DNA from: Chiloscyllium plagiosum
Taxonomy: Eukaryota
Length of the DNA: 64,000 nucleotides
Direction: 5' to 3'
NCBI RefSeq assembly: GCF_004010195.1
Contig: NC_057720.1
Coordinates: forward strand, 28,963,354 to 29,027,353
Position numbers and translations under genes: made by a program. Below are positions 48,181-61,334 of the stretch, one piece after another (the stretch's first letter is position 1; each line of letters starts with the position of its first letter). A model generated the notes under the pieces. That model was not told the DNA's origin and did not search any database. It saw nothing but the letters and a program-made list of their open reading frames with translations.

Positions 48181-48306
48181 CTAGACTATGTTGCTTGATG
48201 ATAACCAGAGGGAAAGTTCTGGATAAACCAGTAGCTAAAGGTTATTTCATATATAGGGGCACAAATTTCCATACCACTTTGTATGTCAGCTTTTTCTATT
48301 CTGTAG

Positions 48307-48394
48307 GTGATGCTGACTAGAAACCTGGACATTGACAGGGGAATGGTAAATGGTGCTCGAGGTGTTGTCATCGGCTTTGAACCTGGAAACCAAT
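48307..48394 (+). CDS. PIF1: PIF1 coding exon 9
   Basis: CTGTAG|VMLTRNLDIDRGMVNGARGVVIGFEPGNQ-|GTAAGT. 88 nt. Confidence 0.96.
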
Positions 48395-50139
48395 GTAAGT
48401 GCTTATGTACCAACTATCAAAGCTGAGTTACAAAGTGAATGATTGTGGGTAATTATTTTAACAGGAGGAATTATGGGGAAAAAATATATTTTTAACGTTT
48501 ACAGAATTCCATCTAGCGAAACAGAATAATAGGTATTGTGGTCATTTTTATGGTGAGGGGACAAGCAGAAGTGAAATGAGATTGAGATCATCTAAGACAG
48601 GGCTGATCGGAGGACAAACATACAGTTACATATTAACCAGCAAAAGCTTTATAAATGGATATCACAAGCATCTATAATTATTGATATTTCAGGTAGGGTT
48701 AACAACATTGTGAACAAATTTAAATTGTTGAGATGTCCAGCTTAATGCAGTGCCTGGCTAATGGGCTCTTGTGGTGCAGAGGTATAGTATTTCCCTACCT
48801 TTGATCCAGGGGACCTGGGTTCAATTCCCAACTGTTCCAGATGTGCATAACAACATCTCTGAACAGGTTGATTTGAAAGTTATATTTTAAAATAAATCAC
48901 TGCATTGCCAGTGCTGAGAGTTAATGTTACTGAATAAGACTTTGTTTGAGGCAGTTCACTGCCACCAATCTTCCTTGCAGTGTCTGGCTTAATGCAATGC
49001 CAATCCATGTAATCCATTGATAGGTGGATGAAAATCCCTGCTGAGAGTATCAGAAACCTGTATGCTGAAGCAGTAAGCTTGCACACCAAATGGGTGGCGT
49101 GTGGATGCACTGACTTCCAGTTCCAAAAATTGCTGCCATACACAAACTCTGATGTCAATGCAGCAGCAGGAAATGTTAGAGAGAAATACTCTGAGATGCT
49201 GCTTCAATGCCAGCAGTGAGCTGAAGGTCACCAGCTACCCATTCTGATTTCCTTGTCAAGAATTATCCATGCAGCTTGATCGCAGCAGGTAATAGTGCAT
49301 TAATGAGATGAGATGTACAGCTAATAAGGTCATCAACAAGCAATAATGGGTAACTCACTGATAATTGATTTAATTTAGTTGACTGAAGCTTTATTGTCTT
49401 GTGTATTCAAGTACAGGATTACAGTGAAAAGTGTACAATGTTGCCACACACAATGACACCTTAGGTACAAAGGTATCCAGGTAAAAAAACTTAGAGACAA
49501 GTGGTAACACAAAGAAATAAAGTTAAAAGTTAAGTGGCAATGGGACATATTGGGAGGGAAGCTCAATGCCTTCCTTGTGTATCAAAAGGTAAAAGTAGCC
49601 ACGTCAACAGCCTTATTTATCTCCCTATTGGCATCAGTTGACTCCCTGCTATTTGGGAACCCCCAGCAGCTTCCTGGTTTCATGTTCCTTCATCCCGGGG
49701 AGCTGTGTGCCCCATAGAGAGGCCTCCGACACCAATGCTGCCCACTCCCCCAGCCCTGCCAGGCTCCAGTGTTGCTACCTCGTTGCTCTCTGATCAGCCT
49801 GACCTGCCCAACTGGCCCCAGCATTTTTTTTCTTTTTTTTAAATTTGGTTCAGCTCTCTGAATGCACCTCAAACCCCCTCTCTTTTTAACTGCAACTTTA
49901 CCCTGACCACTTCTGAGTAATGTTGCCAGCCTCCTGATTGGGTAAAAGCCTTTCTGCGGATTCAGTTTACGCAGAAAGGTTTCAGGCCCACATTGGTACT
50001 GATGAGAATCTGTAAAATTCTGGCCATTGTTTCAGCAATTTGAGGGATGAGGAAAGTTAACTTTTCAGCATTAAGGAAGTTATAAACAAGTGCAAATAAT
50101 AATGGAGGAAAGAAAAAGTACATCTCCGACATTATGACT

Positions 50140-50650
50140 ACAATCACAACAAAAATGAATATTTATATATGTCTATAACATAATAATATGCCCCAAAGCA
50201 CTTCCCGGAAGCTTTTAAAACCAAGTATGACACCAAGCCACAATGGGAGACATTGAGTCAGGTCAAAACCTTGGTTAAATGAGGGGTTTTAAGTGTATTT
50301 TAAAGTGTGGCAGAGAGTTAGGGAGGTGTAGAAGAGATTCCTGAGCTTTGAACCAAAGCAGCTGAAGGTACATCTATCAACGGTGGAGCAATTAAAATTG
50401 TGAATGCTCAAGAGGCCAGAATTGGAATGACGTAGATATCTTAAAAGGCCATAGGTGGTACAGAGATTGGGAGGGGTCCCAGTGTGATTTGAAAACAAGG
50501 GTGAAAATTTTAAAATGAAAATCAGAGCCCATATATTGTCAGTGATCGCAAGAATGAGAGGTGAATGGGTTATGCTGTGAATTGAGACACAGGTAACGGC
50601 AATTGTGAATGACCTCCAGCTTACAGAGAGGAGATTGTGGGATGACCACT
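50140..50650 (-). mobile_element. Old L2-like LINE/SINE 3' remnant
   Basis: Resembles 44730-45080 and, inverted, 37900-38760. Minus-strand tail region AAGTGCTTTGGGG..ATATATAAAT. Confidence 0.5.
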
Positions 50651-51379
50651 CGGAATGGATTTCAATAGTTGTATCCAATGATCAGGGAAGAGAGTAGAAT
50701 AATGTTTGGCACTGAATGGGATGTTTTTGAGTTTGTTGGGAGTAATTAAGGAGGTAATCTTACAGTGGCTCAATGGGGGCTAATATTAAAAATTTAAACA
50801 TCATCCTGAAGTACTTCGTTCTGTACACATCTTGATTTAACTGAAATGGAATAGCTGCCTAAACCTAAGCCTTAGAGAAACTCAGCAAGTTAAATGGAGG
50901 CCAAAAGGACCCAGTTCCATGAATAAATGCATTTACAACATTGCCTGTGGGTCAAAAGGTGCAGGAATGGTTTTTCATATTTCCTCCCAGCCAAACATTC
51001 TTATCTGCCTGCAGTTCCATGAGCTGAGACATCTTATTGACTGTGAGCTCTCTCTCCTCCCTGATCCCCAACTATAGCTGGTCCTACACCCTTTTTCAAT
51101 AGATGGACATCCAGTCTGTCCTTTGGCTGGCCGCAGAGTGGGAAGCCTGTAGAAAATATTTAATCCAGAAAAGGTGTAGTTCTGGACTTCATGTCCAGGA
51201 TTCTCAATACCTACTCACTCTCTGCAGAGATGGGGGCCTACATATTTCTCCACAAATTATTGATTTTGACTCCAACTCATTGTGAATGCCTTATGTTATA
51301 TACAAAGTGGTTGGATGTTACACATGTCTTTAGCAAGAAACAAGCTATGAGTTATTAAATCTTTCTTTTATCTGCCTAG

Positions 51380-51525
51380 CACTTCCCCAGGTGAGATTTT
51401 TGTGCGGTGTAACGGAGACGATAAGGCCAGAACGTTGGATGGTTAAAGCTTTAGGTGGATCCTACTTGACGAGACACCAGCTGCCTCTGAAGTTAGCCTG
51501 GGCCATCTCCATTCACAAGAGTCAG
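51380..51525 (+). CDS. PIF1: PIF1 coding exon 10
   Basis: GCCTAG|(S)[54 protein letters not shown]. 146 nt, motif V. Confidence 0.97.
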
Positions 51526-51759
51526 GTATTGCTGTAATTCTAGAGACGATCATAAATGAAAGAATTAAACCTTCCCATGAAAATAGTTGATGGATAAGTT
51601 TTACTTTCTCAACATTTACCATTATGATCAACCAAACTCAACATAGATTAAACTTAAATTTAACAGGCAAGTCGTTATCTGTAAACACAAGAAAATTGCT
51701 CTTTGGATAGCTGATACTACAAAGTTTTTTTGTGTCTTGCAACACTACAGTTGTATAGG

Positions 51760-52096
51760 ATTAGATTAGATTAGATTAGATTCCCTACAGTATGGAAACA
51801 GGCCCTTCGGCCCAACAAGTCCACACTGACCCTCCAAAGAGTAACCCACCCAAACCCATTCCCCTATATTTACCCCTGACTAATGCACCTAACACTATGA
51901 GCAATTTAGCATGACAGATTCACCTGACCTGCACATCTTTGGATTGTGGGAGGAAACCGGAGCACCCGGAGGAAACCCACGTAGCCATAGGGAGAATATA
52001 CAAACTCCACACAGACGGTCACCCAAGGTGGGAATCGAACCCGGGTCCTGGTGCTGTGAGGCAGCAGTGCTAACCACTGAGCCCCTGTGCCGCCCC
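51760..52096 (-). mobile_element. HE1 SINE
   Basis: (GATTA)n tail and full body. Confidence 0.88.
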
Positions 52097-53652
52097 TCGC
52101 CAATATGTCATCAAGCACTTCATAATTAATTGCTTTAATGTGGAGGCATGCTTTGTAAACAAATGCAATCACATTTTGTATAAAGGTGGTGTTTGTTGAA
52201 AGGGGAATTAGTCAGAAAGCTAAAATAAATCTTTGATATTTTTGAATATTGCCATTGGATCACCATTTTTGTGTTGCACCATTCAGTGCACCATTCCTGC
52301 AACAGTGCATTCAAATGATAACATAGCATACTTCAGTGTGGAATGGGTCTTGAACCTATAATTTTCTGACTCCAGAGCAGAATGCTGAAAACTGAGAGAT
52401 TTTGATGTAAAATACTTTCAGCTAAACTAACTTGAATGTGCAAAATAGAAATCTTTCCCCTCTAATAAAAAGGAATCACATCCCCATTTTATATACCCAA
52501 GCAGAATACAGACTTGAAAATGTTTGTAACTAATTCAGACAAATGCTTGGTTTTAATACATTTGACAACTAACCTGCATTATTGATTGTGATACTTCCTT
52601 AAAGGGAATGTCCAGGAAACCTTTATGTTCAAATAATCTCCACTTTAAACTTTTTTAAAAATACAAAGCTGTGTTTTTTTTAAATGTCAGGTTTTCTTCC
52701 CTTTTTAGCTATTGCAGCAGTATCAAGAACCATGAAGTACTACTTCCATCCAGCTAACACTCACATACATGTTAAATATGTACAATTTTGAGACACAAGA
52801 AGAGCTGGTCTGGAATAAAAACAGAAATTGCTGGAGAAACTCTCTCTGTGGAGAGAGAAACACAGTTAATGCTTTGAGTCCAATGCAACTCTTCAGAACT
52901 AATCCAGAGTTGCCTGACCTCGTGGGCAAATAATATCAGTCATATGCCAGTTTCTCAAATTTCTGCTTAGTTTTGATTTGGTACCGAATTTCCTTTTTAG
53001 TTCTCCAAGGATTAACTCACCATATTTTCCATAATTAAATGCACAAGGTCTGAAACAAACATTTCTGACAGCTGGTGTCTTCAATCTGTGGCTTCAAAGC
53101 CCTTTCATTAGGCCTCCTGGGCACAGATTCTTGGAGGTAGAACTTTTCAGCTTTGTCAGCAAAGTTTGTGGCTTTTGTATAAAGATTAATTAAGAGATGA
53201 CTTTGAGCTCTGTGATCTTTTGTTGGAGGAGTCAGTTACTGGAACAGATTGCACTTGACGGACACTCTAAGCACTACTATTCTCATGCCCCACTTCCAAT
53301 ACCCAGAGGGAATTACGGGATGGCAAAAGGGGTGGAAACAATTATGCACGTGTTCCTTTAGTTGGCTTCCCACAAGTGCAGATGAATGGGTATGCTTCAT
53401 TATGCAGATGTAAAATAAAACTTGGAAATCTGAAATAACTACTGCAAGAATGAAGCGAGTAGATCTTGAGTGTGTGCATTAGAGTGAAGCAGGTAGATGG
53501 GGAGCCAATGGTTCATTCAACATTACTCCAAATTTAACTTTTTTTAACAAAACTGGAAATGTTACTAGTTCAAATGTATGTATGTGTTTCTGGAATAATT
53601 GTGATTTTATATTTATTTTATTCATTTCTTTTGTTTACCTTCTCTGGCTTAG

Positions 53653-53844
53653 GGCATGTCATTAGACTGTGTGGAGATCTCTCTGGCACGTGTGTTTGAA
53701 AGCGGGCAGGCATATGTGGCACTCTCTCGTGCTCGAAGCTTGGAAGGTCTTCGAGTGATGGACTTTGACAGGAGAGTGGTGCATGCTAATGCTGATGTCC
53801 TGCATTTTTATGGCAAATTAAAAAAAGAAAGGGCCCTGATGCAG
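53653..53844 (+). CDS. PIF1: PIF1 coding exon 11
   Basis: GCTTAG|GMSLDCVEISLARVFESGQAYVALSRARSLEGLRVMDFD..KKERALMQ|GTGAGT. 192 nt, motif VI. Confidence 0.97.
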
Positions 53845-53999
53845 GTGAGTGGGATAGCAGAGGTTATGTTGCGGCTAAGTTTCAGTCCTTTGAAATTTGA
53901 TATTTTTCAGAAACCTGGAGCCTTTTTTCAGAGGCTCTATGCACTTTCAATATTTGCAGGGTCCATTTTTGAATATGCATGAGACTTAATTTGATTTCA

Positions 54000-54812
54000 C
54001 ATTAAAATACAAAACAACAGACAAAGCCATGAGGAAGAACCAAGGAAGTTGAAGACAGTACCAAATTGAAAGAGAAAATAATGTAGCAAAGAATCGTATT
54101 TCAGAGGATTGGGAAAGTTTTAAAATTCAACAAAAGAGGATTAAAGAGGGAGAAAATCAACAGGGCAAACTAGCAAGTGACATAAAAACAGACATTAAGA
54201 GCATCTTCAAATATATGAAAAGGAAGAGAAAGGCAACAATGAACTTGGGCACTGGGAGAATGGGTCTGAAAAAGAATGATATCAGACTCCAAACGTTAAC
54301 TCCAATTCTTTCCACAGATGCTGCCAGACCTGCTGAGTTTCTCCAGCATTCTGTGATTGTCTTTGAGAGCGAGATTGGAGAAATAGTAATGGGTAGACAG
54401 GAAATGGCAGAGGAGTTGAACTAACAATTACATCAGTCTTCACAGGAGAGGACACTAACAGCATTCCAAAAATACTAGATGATCAGGGGGCTAAAGGCAG
54501 GGAGCAAGTTAACACTAATTATCACTAAAGGAAAAAAAGTACTAAGGAAACTAATGGGGCTAAAAGCCATTAGGTTCCCTTGACCTGATGGGTTGCATCC
54601 TTGTGTTTAACTGCAGAGATTGTGGATGCATTGGTCAAAGTCTTCCAAGAATCCTTAGATTCTGAAAAAGTTCCAAAGGATTGGAAAACTGTCAGTGAAA
54701 ACAGGCAACTACAGCCTAATTAGTTTAATATCTGTCATTTGGAAAATGACAGCATCTACTAACAAGAATGTATTGACAGAGCAATTAGAAATCCATTACA
54801 TAATCAAGCAGA
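54000..54812 (+). mobile_element. Old CR1 ORF2 fragment
   Basis: Decayed FKYMKRKRK, EMAEELN, PDGLHP and KVPKDWKT motifs. Confidence 0.7.
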
Positions 54813-54867
54813 GTTGGACTGGGGAGGCAGTGCAGCAACGGTCATTTCACTAGGCCTTGTAATCTAT

Positions 54868-55340
54868 GAGGAGAAAGTGAGGATTGCAGATGCTGGAGAT
54901 CAGAGTTGAAAATGTGTTGCTGGAAAAGCGCAGCAGGTCAGGCAGCATCCAGGGAACAGGAGAATCGACGTTTCGGGCATAAGCCCTTCTTCAGGANNNN
55001 NNNNNNNNNNNNNNNNNNNNNNNNNNNNNNNNNNNNNNNNNNNNNNNNNNNNNNNNNNNNNGTTGTGTTGTTGTGGTCTGGCGATGGAGGAGTCCAAAGA
55101 CCTGCATATCCTTGGTGGAGTGGGAGGGGGAGTTGAAATGTTGAGCTACAGGGTGGTTGGGTTGGTTGGTCCGGGTGTCCCAGAGGTGTTCTCTGAAACG
55201 CTCCGCAAGTAGCCAGCCTGTCTCCCCAATATAGAGGAGGCCACATCGGGTGCAGAGGATGCAATAGATGATGTGTGTGGAGGTGCAGGTGAATCTGTGG
55301 CGGATATGGAAGTTTCCTTTGGGGCCTTGGAGGGAGGTGT
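54868..55340 (-). mobile_element. Young Penelope-like 3' fragment (GIY-YIG plus terminal repeat), spanning a gap
   Basis: FTCTSTHIIYCILCTRCGLLYIGETGWLLAERFREH..HFNSPSH. Terminal repeat with hammerhead motif at ~54967-54994. Confidence 0.88.
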
Positions 55341-56954
55341 GGGCGCCTAGATTCTCAGCCCTAGGCCCTAATCTAGGCCCTAGGCTAATATTGTGGAGAC
55401 ATGGGTACAAATCCTAATATAGCAAATGGTAACACTTGAATCCAATGAAAATCAAGTAATTAAACAGAAAAAGCTAATCTAATGATGACCATGTAACCAC
55501 AGTTGATTTGTTTTTGAGAGTCTGTTCACTAATACCCTTTAAGGAAGGAAATCTGCTTTCCTTAGCTGGTCTAGATTACACATGACTCCAAACCCATAAC
55601 AACATGGTAAACTCTGAACAATGGATGTCCACATGCCATGAACATTTTTTCTTAAATATCAGAGAGAAGATGGCAACACTTATACTGGCAGAGTGGAGAA
55701 GATCATTGGCTTTCCTCCTACATTGCCGTGCATTCTTCCCGCTGGCTGAGAATATCCAGCTGGACATCTTTAGCCCTATCTGCAAAGCAGATTACAACAT
55801 GTGCCCATGTCTGCCATGTCCAGGGCAAATGTCAGGAATCATACAAGGCCAGCTCTTGACTGACAGTGCTTTTCCGGTGCACAATGGGCTTTCAAACATG
55901 ACCCAGGTTTTTTTGCCAGATATCTAGTGGGTGATTAATTATTCTAGGAACGTCATGGTAAGATCTAGGAAAATGTTATGTAAGAGACACAACAGGGCAT
56001 GGCAGGTAGTGTAATGGGGAAAGTTTGGTAAATAATAGCAAGAGAACTTGCGAGGCCTTGCTGCAACAAAGCCTTCAAAAATCCAAAGCAACTTGGATTT
56101 AGCCAAAAAAAATGCAAGATTTAGCTCACTGTCAGAAATACATAAAAATCTAGAACGAGCTAGTGCCCAAAATGTTATGCCTTTGATGGATCTTATCGAC
56201 AGACAATTTGACCATCTTGCAAACTACCCACTTAAGATAAATTCAAACTTCCGAGTTTAAGAATTGATGGTATTGAGAAAGTCTTTATATTTTGAACCTA
56301 AATCACGTTAGAACTGACCTGACAGCTCATGTTAGGTGAAAAATGTTCTCATCTCTAGAAGATGATGAAAGTCAGGAACTCACTACGTGAAAGTCATAAG
56401 CTCTTTTCACATTTAACAAAAAATACTCAGATAATCAGCTGAAGAGCCTTACTTACAAGACATGAATGAAAAGTCCTTGAAAGTCAGATTAAACTGGACC
56501 TGCAGGCCATATCTGGAATATTGTAAGCAGTCCCAGGCAACATACTTCAAAAAGGATCCATTGACTTTGAAAGGAGTGCAGTGTAGGTTTATCAGAATGA
56601 TAGCTGATATCAAGGGCTAAATTATAAAACAAGATTACTCAAATTACAGTTGTATTCCCCTGAAAGTAGGTTAAAGTGTGATTTGATTTATGTTTTCATG
56701 ATACTCGTGTTTACAGATAGGGAAATTTTAAATGAGTTATTTTTGTTGTTTGCAGAGTCTAGGATTAAGAATATGGTTTAAAAAGTCTTAGGACCAGAGC
56801 CATAGAATCATAGAATCCCTAATTTTTAATCCATACTCTTCTAGGTTTTAGGACACACTTCCATAAATGGTGATTAAAGCTAGATAAAATATTAAATTTA
56901 TAACTAAGATTTATTAATATTTGTTAATATTTGTTAATCAAGGGTACTTTGGAG

Positions 56955-57272
56955 GGTGGTATGCTGGCCCAGTGGTCAGCACTGCTGCCTCACAGTGCCA
57001 GGGACCTGGGTTCAAATTGCACCCTCAGGTGACCGCCTGTGTGGAGTTTTCACATTCACCCTATGTCTGTGTAGACTTTCTCTGGATTCCTCCCACATTC
57101 CAAAGATGTGCACGTTAGGTGAAGTGGCCATGCTAAATTGCCCATGGTATCCAGGGATGTGTAGGTTAGATGGATTGACACATGGTAAATGTGGGGTTAC
57201 AGGGAGAAGGTAGGGGCCTGGTTTTGGATAGGATGCTCTTTGGATGGTTGGTGTAGACTCAATGGGCTGAAT
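56955..57272 (+). mobile_element. Older HE1-like SINE
   Basis: CAGTGGTCAGCACTGCTGCCTCACAGTGCCAGGGACCTGGGTTCAA head and core. Confidence 0.8.
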
Positions 57273-57279
57273 GCCCTCA

Positions 57280-58345
57280 TGGTAGTGCCCTTAGCCTGGC
57301 TGTCTTCAGCTGCTTCATCAATAACCTCTCCATCATAAGGTCAGAAGAGGAGGACGTTTCATTGTACAATCACTAACGATCAGCATTATTTTTGACTTCT
57401 CAGGTGTCCAATTGCAGCAAGACCTAAATAATATCTAGACTTGTATTGATAAGTTACCTGTAATATTTTTGCTTCAAGTGCCAGGCAATGACCAACTCTG
57501 ACATGAAAATTTCTAAAACATCTCTCCATGATGTTCAACAGCATTACCATCACTGAATTTCATTTTATAACATCCAGTGGGTTCTAATTAATCAGGAACT
57601 GAATTTGATCAGCCGTATAAATACTGTGAGAAAGTGAGGACTGCAGATGCTGGAGATCAGTGTCAAAAAGTGTGAATCTGGAAAAGCATAGCAGGTCAAG
57701 CAGCATCCGAGGAGAATTGACATTCCTGATGAAGAGCTTCTGCCTGAGATGTCGACTCTCCTGCTCCTTGGATGCTGTTTGACCTGCTTTGCTTTTCCAG
57801 CACCACATTTTTTGACATACAAATACTGTGACTGAAAAAAGGTCAGATGCTTGGAATTCTGTGATAACTCTCCTGTCTCACCAATGCCTGTTCACCATCT
57901 ACAAGGCATAAGTTGGGAGTGTGTGATGGATGAGTGCAACTCTGACATTCAAAGCTTGATACCATCCAGGACAAGGCAACTGGTTTACTTGGCAACCTAT
58001 CTAACAACATCAACATTCACTTCTTCCACACTGGTACACAGTGGCAGCAGTGTGTACCATCTACAAGATGCACTGCAACAACTGAGTTCCTCTGGCAGCA
58101 TCTTCCAAAACTGGAGCTCTTCCAAGTCGCACAACATCCAAGCTTGGAACTACATTATTGTTACTAGAGTATCACAGTATCAAAATCTTGAAGACTCCCT
58201 TCCTAACGGCACTGAATGTACTTGCAACACATAGACTGCAGTGGTTCAAGAAGAGAGCTCAAGTCCACCTTCCTTAGTCAATTTAGGGATGGGCAATGTA
58301 ATTGCCGAACCAGCAACACCCACATCACATGAGCGAATACAAAAA
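57280..58345 (+). mobile_element. Old CR1-group LINE 3' region with a nested PLE terminal repeat at ~57627-57813
   Basis: Decayed RT-end sequence, with a similar antisense copy at ~62870-63550. ATAAATACTGTGA / ACAAATACTGTGA flank the nested insert. Confidence 0.6.
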
Positions 58346-59096
58346 GTATAGGGTAAGGGTGAGTATATGGACTTAAGTTACATATCCACTTTTTAATGTC
58401 AGTGAATAGCAGAACAAGTTCAAAGGGCTAAAATGATTTCCTCATGGTCCAATGCTCATTTTGATCTGTTATATTAACTGCCATTTGTGGGATGTTGCTA
58501 CATATAAATTACTGTTGCATTAGTTACATTACTGTCACTATACTGTCACAATATTCAATCTCTGTAAAACACTTCACTTCTAGATGATTGGGTATAAACA
58601 CTTTTTTCCTTTATCTAACTGTTCAAAATGTGTATTTTTTTTATTAATGTAAAGTCATGAGCTCAAGAATGACTCTATCAACTGCAGTACTTTAGCTCTT
58701 GCGCATTTCAAGTGATCATAGTAATTCATCAACACCACATTTTATTAAAAATTTGCAATTGGCAGAACAAAGATTCTGTCACCATACTTAGGCTGAATTT
58801 TAAAAGGTTCTAAAGATTCTCTTTAAATATTGAACATAATATGAGTAACTTGAAGTGTGTCAATACTCATAAATATTAATTTGTGGCAAATGATATTTGA
58901 AGGCAAAACCTGAGTTTATTTGGATGTATAGTTATAGGAATGTAATTATTTCAGAGTTTACCGGAGCAGAACACTTGTGCCACTCTACTGTTTTTTTTTG
59001 TTGTTTCAGTGCCTGTTGAATCATTTCCTCTTTTAATTGTTCTTTGCTATTTGCTTGCTGAGGAGATTATTTATCACAATTCCTTTTTTTTTTCAG

Positions 59097-59159
59097 TCTT
59101 CACTGGATGGTTACATTGAAATAGAAAATCAGGAAAACAAGATTCCTGGAGGACTATAG
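59097..59159 (+). CDS. PIF1: PIF1 terminal coding exon 12
   Basis: Strong acceptor (T)nCAG, then SSLDGYIEIENQENKIPGGL*. The QEN..P pattern resembles the mammalian PIF1 C-terminus. Total CDS 1935 nt, 644 aa. Confidence 0.85.
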   Translation, partial: SSLDGYIEIENQENKIPGGL

Positions 59160-59407
59160 GGTGTTTTATGATGCAAATCCTGCTCTTCACCATCATCCTC
59201 TGAGAAGCTCCAATTTAATATTGATCGTTGTAACTTATGCTAAACTTATATAGGTTTTATAAACACTGGTCTTGTCCTTTTTTTTATATTTTAAATTAAT
59301 AATTGGGTCTTAATTGTGGCACTAGAGCAGAAACTAGTGCTGTGGAATGAGAAATGTCAATGGCAATTTTGTAATCGCCAACAGTGTTACTTCTGTTTTC
59401 TATCACA

Positions 59408-59441
59408 AATAAAATTGATTTTGTGAAATAAAATTAATAAA
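59408..59441 (+). terminator. PIF1: PIF1 polyadenylation signal cluster
   Basis: AATAAA at 59408, 59427 and 59436, about 250 nt after the stop. Confidence 0.75.
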
Positions 59442-60740
59442 GCACTTTCTATCCTACCTAGTAATTGGAAATATTTCACTCCAAACTTCTATGTCACATT
59501 TTAGTACCTCACACCAAAGCAATGACTTCCTCTTCCCTCTTCCCAGAAAATAAGGAAATAAAAAAAAATCTTCTTTCTCCTTCATTCATTTCTCACTAGT
59601 AAAGTTATTGGCTGTCTGCTGGTCTATTTTGCAGCATTTCCTTTCTTACAAAAGCCACCAATTATCATATTTGAACAATCACCTGACTTCTACCTAGCTC
59701 AAACATACTGCTCTTAAATTTTCATATCTGTTTATTTCAGTGATTTCAAGTGCAGTTCTGTTTCTGAATTTATATAAAACCAATTGTATTGCTTCCTGTA
59801 GCTGTTTTCAAGCCAGGTTTGGAATTGAAATCACCCTGTTCTGTTTATCTCATTTATTGGCGGCTTCTACTGCAAAGTTATTACGACAATAAAATAAATC
59901 ACGGGCAGAATATTATGATTCCCTGCCAATGGGTTCACAGGCAGGAATCTTGTAAAAGCCTGGGGGTGTCCTTCTCACCACCTACTTACTCATTGCCATG
60001 TGATAGTGATTTTTCAGGAGCCGAACGAGGCTAAATTGTTTCTTTCATCCTTTTCCCAGTTGGGACCCTTTCTAAAAGACTATTCAAGTAATTAGTCACT
60101 TAATAGCTACTTCTCCGATCCAACAACCATTTCACCACCACCTATTCCCGTTTCCCACCACCACCACCACCTCTTCCAGGGAAGATATTTGTTCTTTTTG
60201 GTTTTCTTTTTTTTTTAATCCCAAGAATGGTTTTAGGGTCAGGAGTGAAACCCAGCAAATTAGCCTGGGTCACAGGTGAAAAATCAGGAAGGATTATGGG
60301 TCCCATGCAAGCCCCATCCTCTACCTCACCATGTCTGCCCTGCTCAGGTTCCTCTCCAACACACACACTTCAACCCCTGGGTTCACTGTGCCTTGTTCTC
60401 TGGGACTTGGTGAATTCCACATCTTGTTGTTGGAACAAGAACACTGCCAGCTCCTCAGATGACCATCAGTCCTTTGAGATGGGCTTCCTGTCCAGATGGA
60501 GGTAGAAGCCAATGAATCTTCCGCAACGTATTAAATGGCTACAAGGCAGCTGTCAAGCCAATCTTTTCTCTGGTGGGATGGGAATTTCTGCCATTCAAAA
60601 TTTCTGCCCCTTAAATAATTTGTTACTTTGTGGAATGGACCAGAGAGCAAGAGAAGAAGGAAGACCTTTAGATTCCTGAAATGACCTCCACTAAAAAGGA
60701 TGGCAGATGTGATTCCCAAAACTTCCAGCATTAAGTAGGT

Positions 60741-60915
60741 TTAGATTAGATTCGCTGCAGTGTGGAAACAAGCCCTTCAGCCCAACCAGTCCACACCGAC
60801 CCTCCGAAGAGTAACCCACCCAGACCCATTTCCCTCTACCACTACACCTAACACTACAGGCAATTTAGCATGGCCAATTCACCAAACCTGCACATCTTTG
60901 GATTGTGGGAGGAAG
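60741..60915 (-). mobile_element. HE1 SINE 3' fragment
   Basis: TTAGATTAGATT..GTGGAAACAAGCCCTTC..GGCCAATTCACC. Confidence 0.8.
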
Positions 60916-61334
60916 ATTTACAACATTGCCAGAGGTAAGAGCTGGTTAAGTATATTGGAATATAAGATGTCTCTTTCCTATCGCTGGCTATAAAAGGGAC
61001 AAAAAGGCAAACAGAATTAGCTCCCCCTTCAACGTTGGACACCACCATTACTGCAGCCAATATTTGGAGCAGTGCCTTTTCTGTTGAATGGAGTCTCCAG
61101 CTGTGATGTCTACCCCACCTGCCACTAAGAGACCACTGCCATTTCACATATAAGCTCCTGATAAGATATGTATAACCTGCCCAGTCAGCGTTGGGAGAGT
61201 GCTCTTAATTGCCTTTGCCAAAGTGTCAAAGCCTACAGTTCCTCCATCGTTGGGCTGCCACTTTGTATCACTGTCATCTCAGGCATCCTGAAGACCAGTG
61301 AGAGGATGAACCTCTTTCAATAACACAGCAGCTC

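Noticed and set aside
59903..60609. Possible old Harbinger-type MITE (GGGCAGAATATT ... AAATTTCTGCCC)
   Set aside because: The TIR match is short and imperfect with no matching TSD, too weak to list as a feature.
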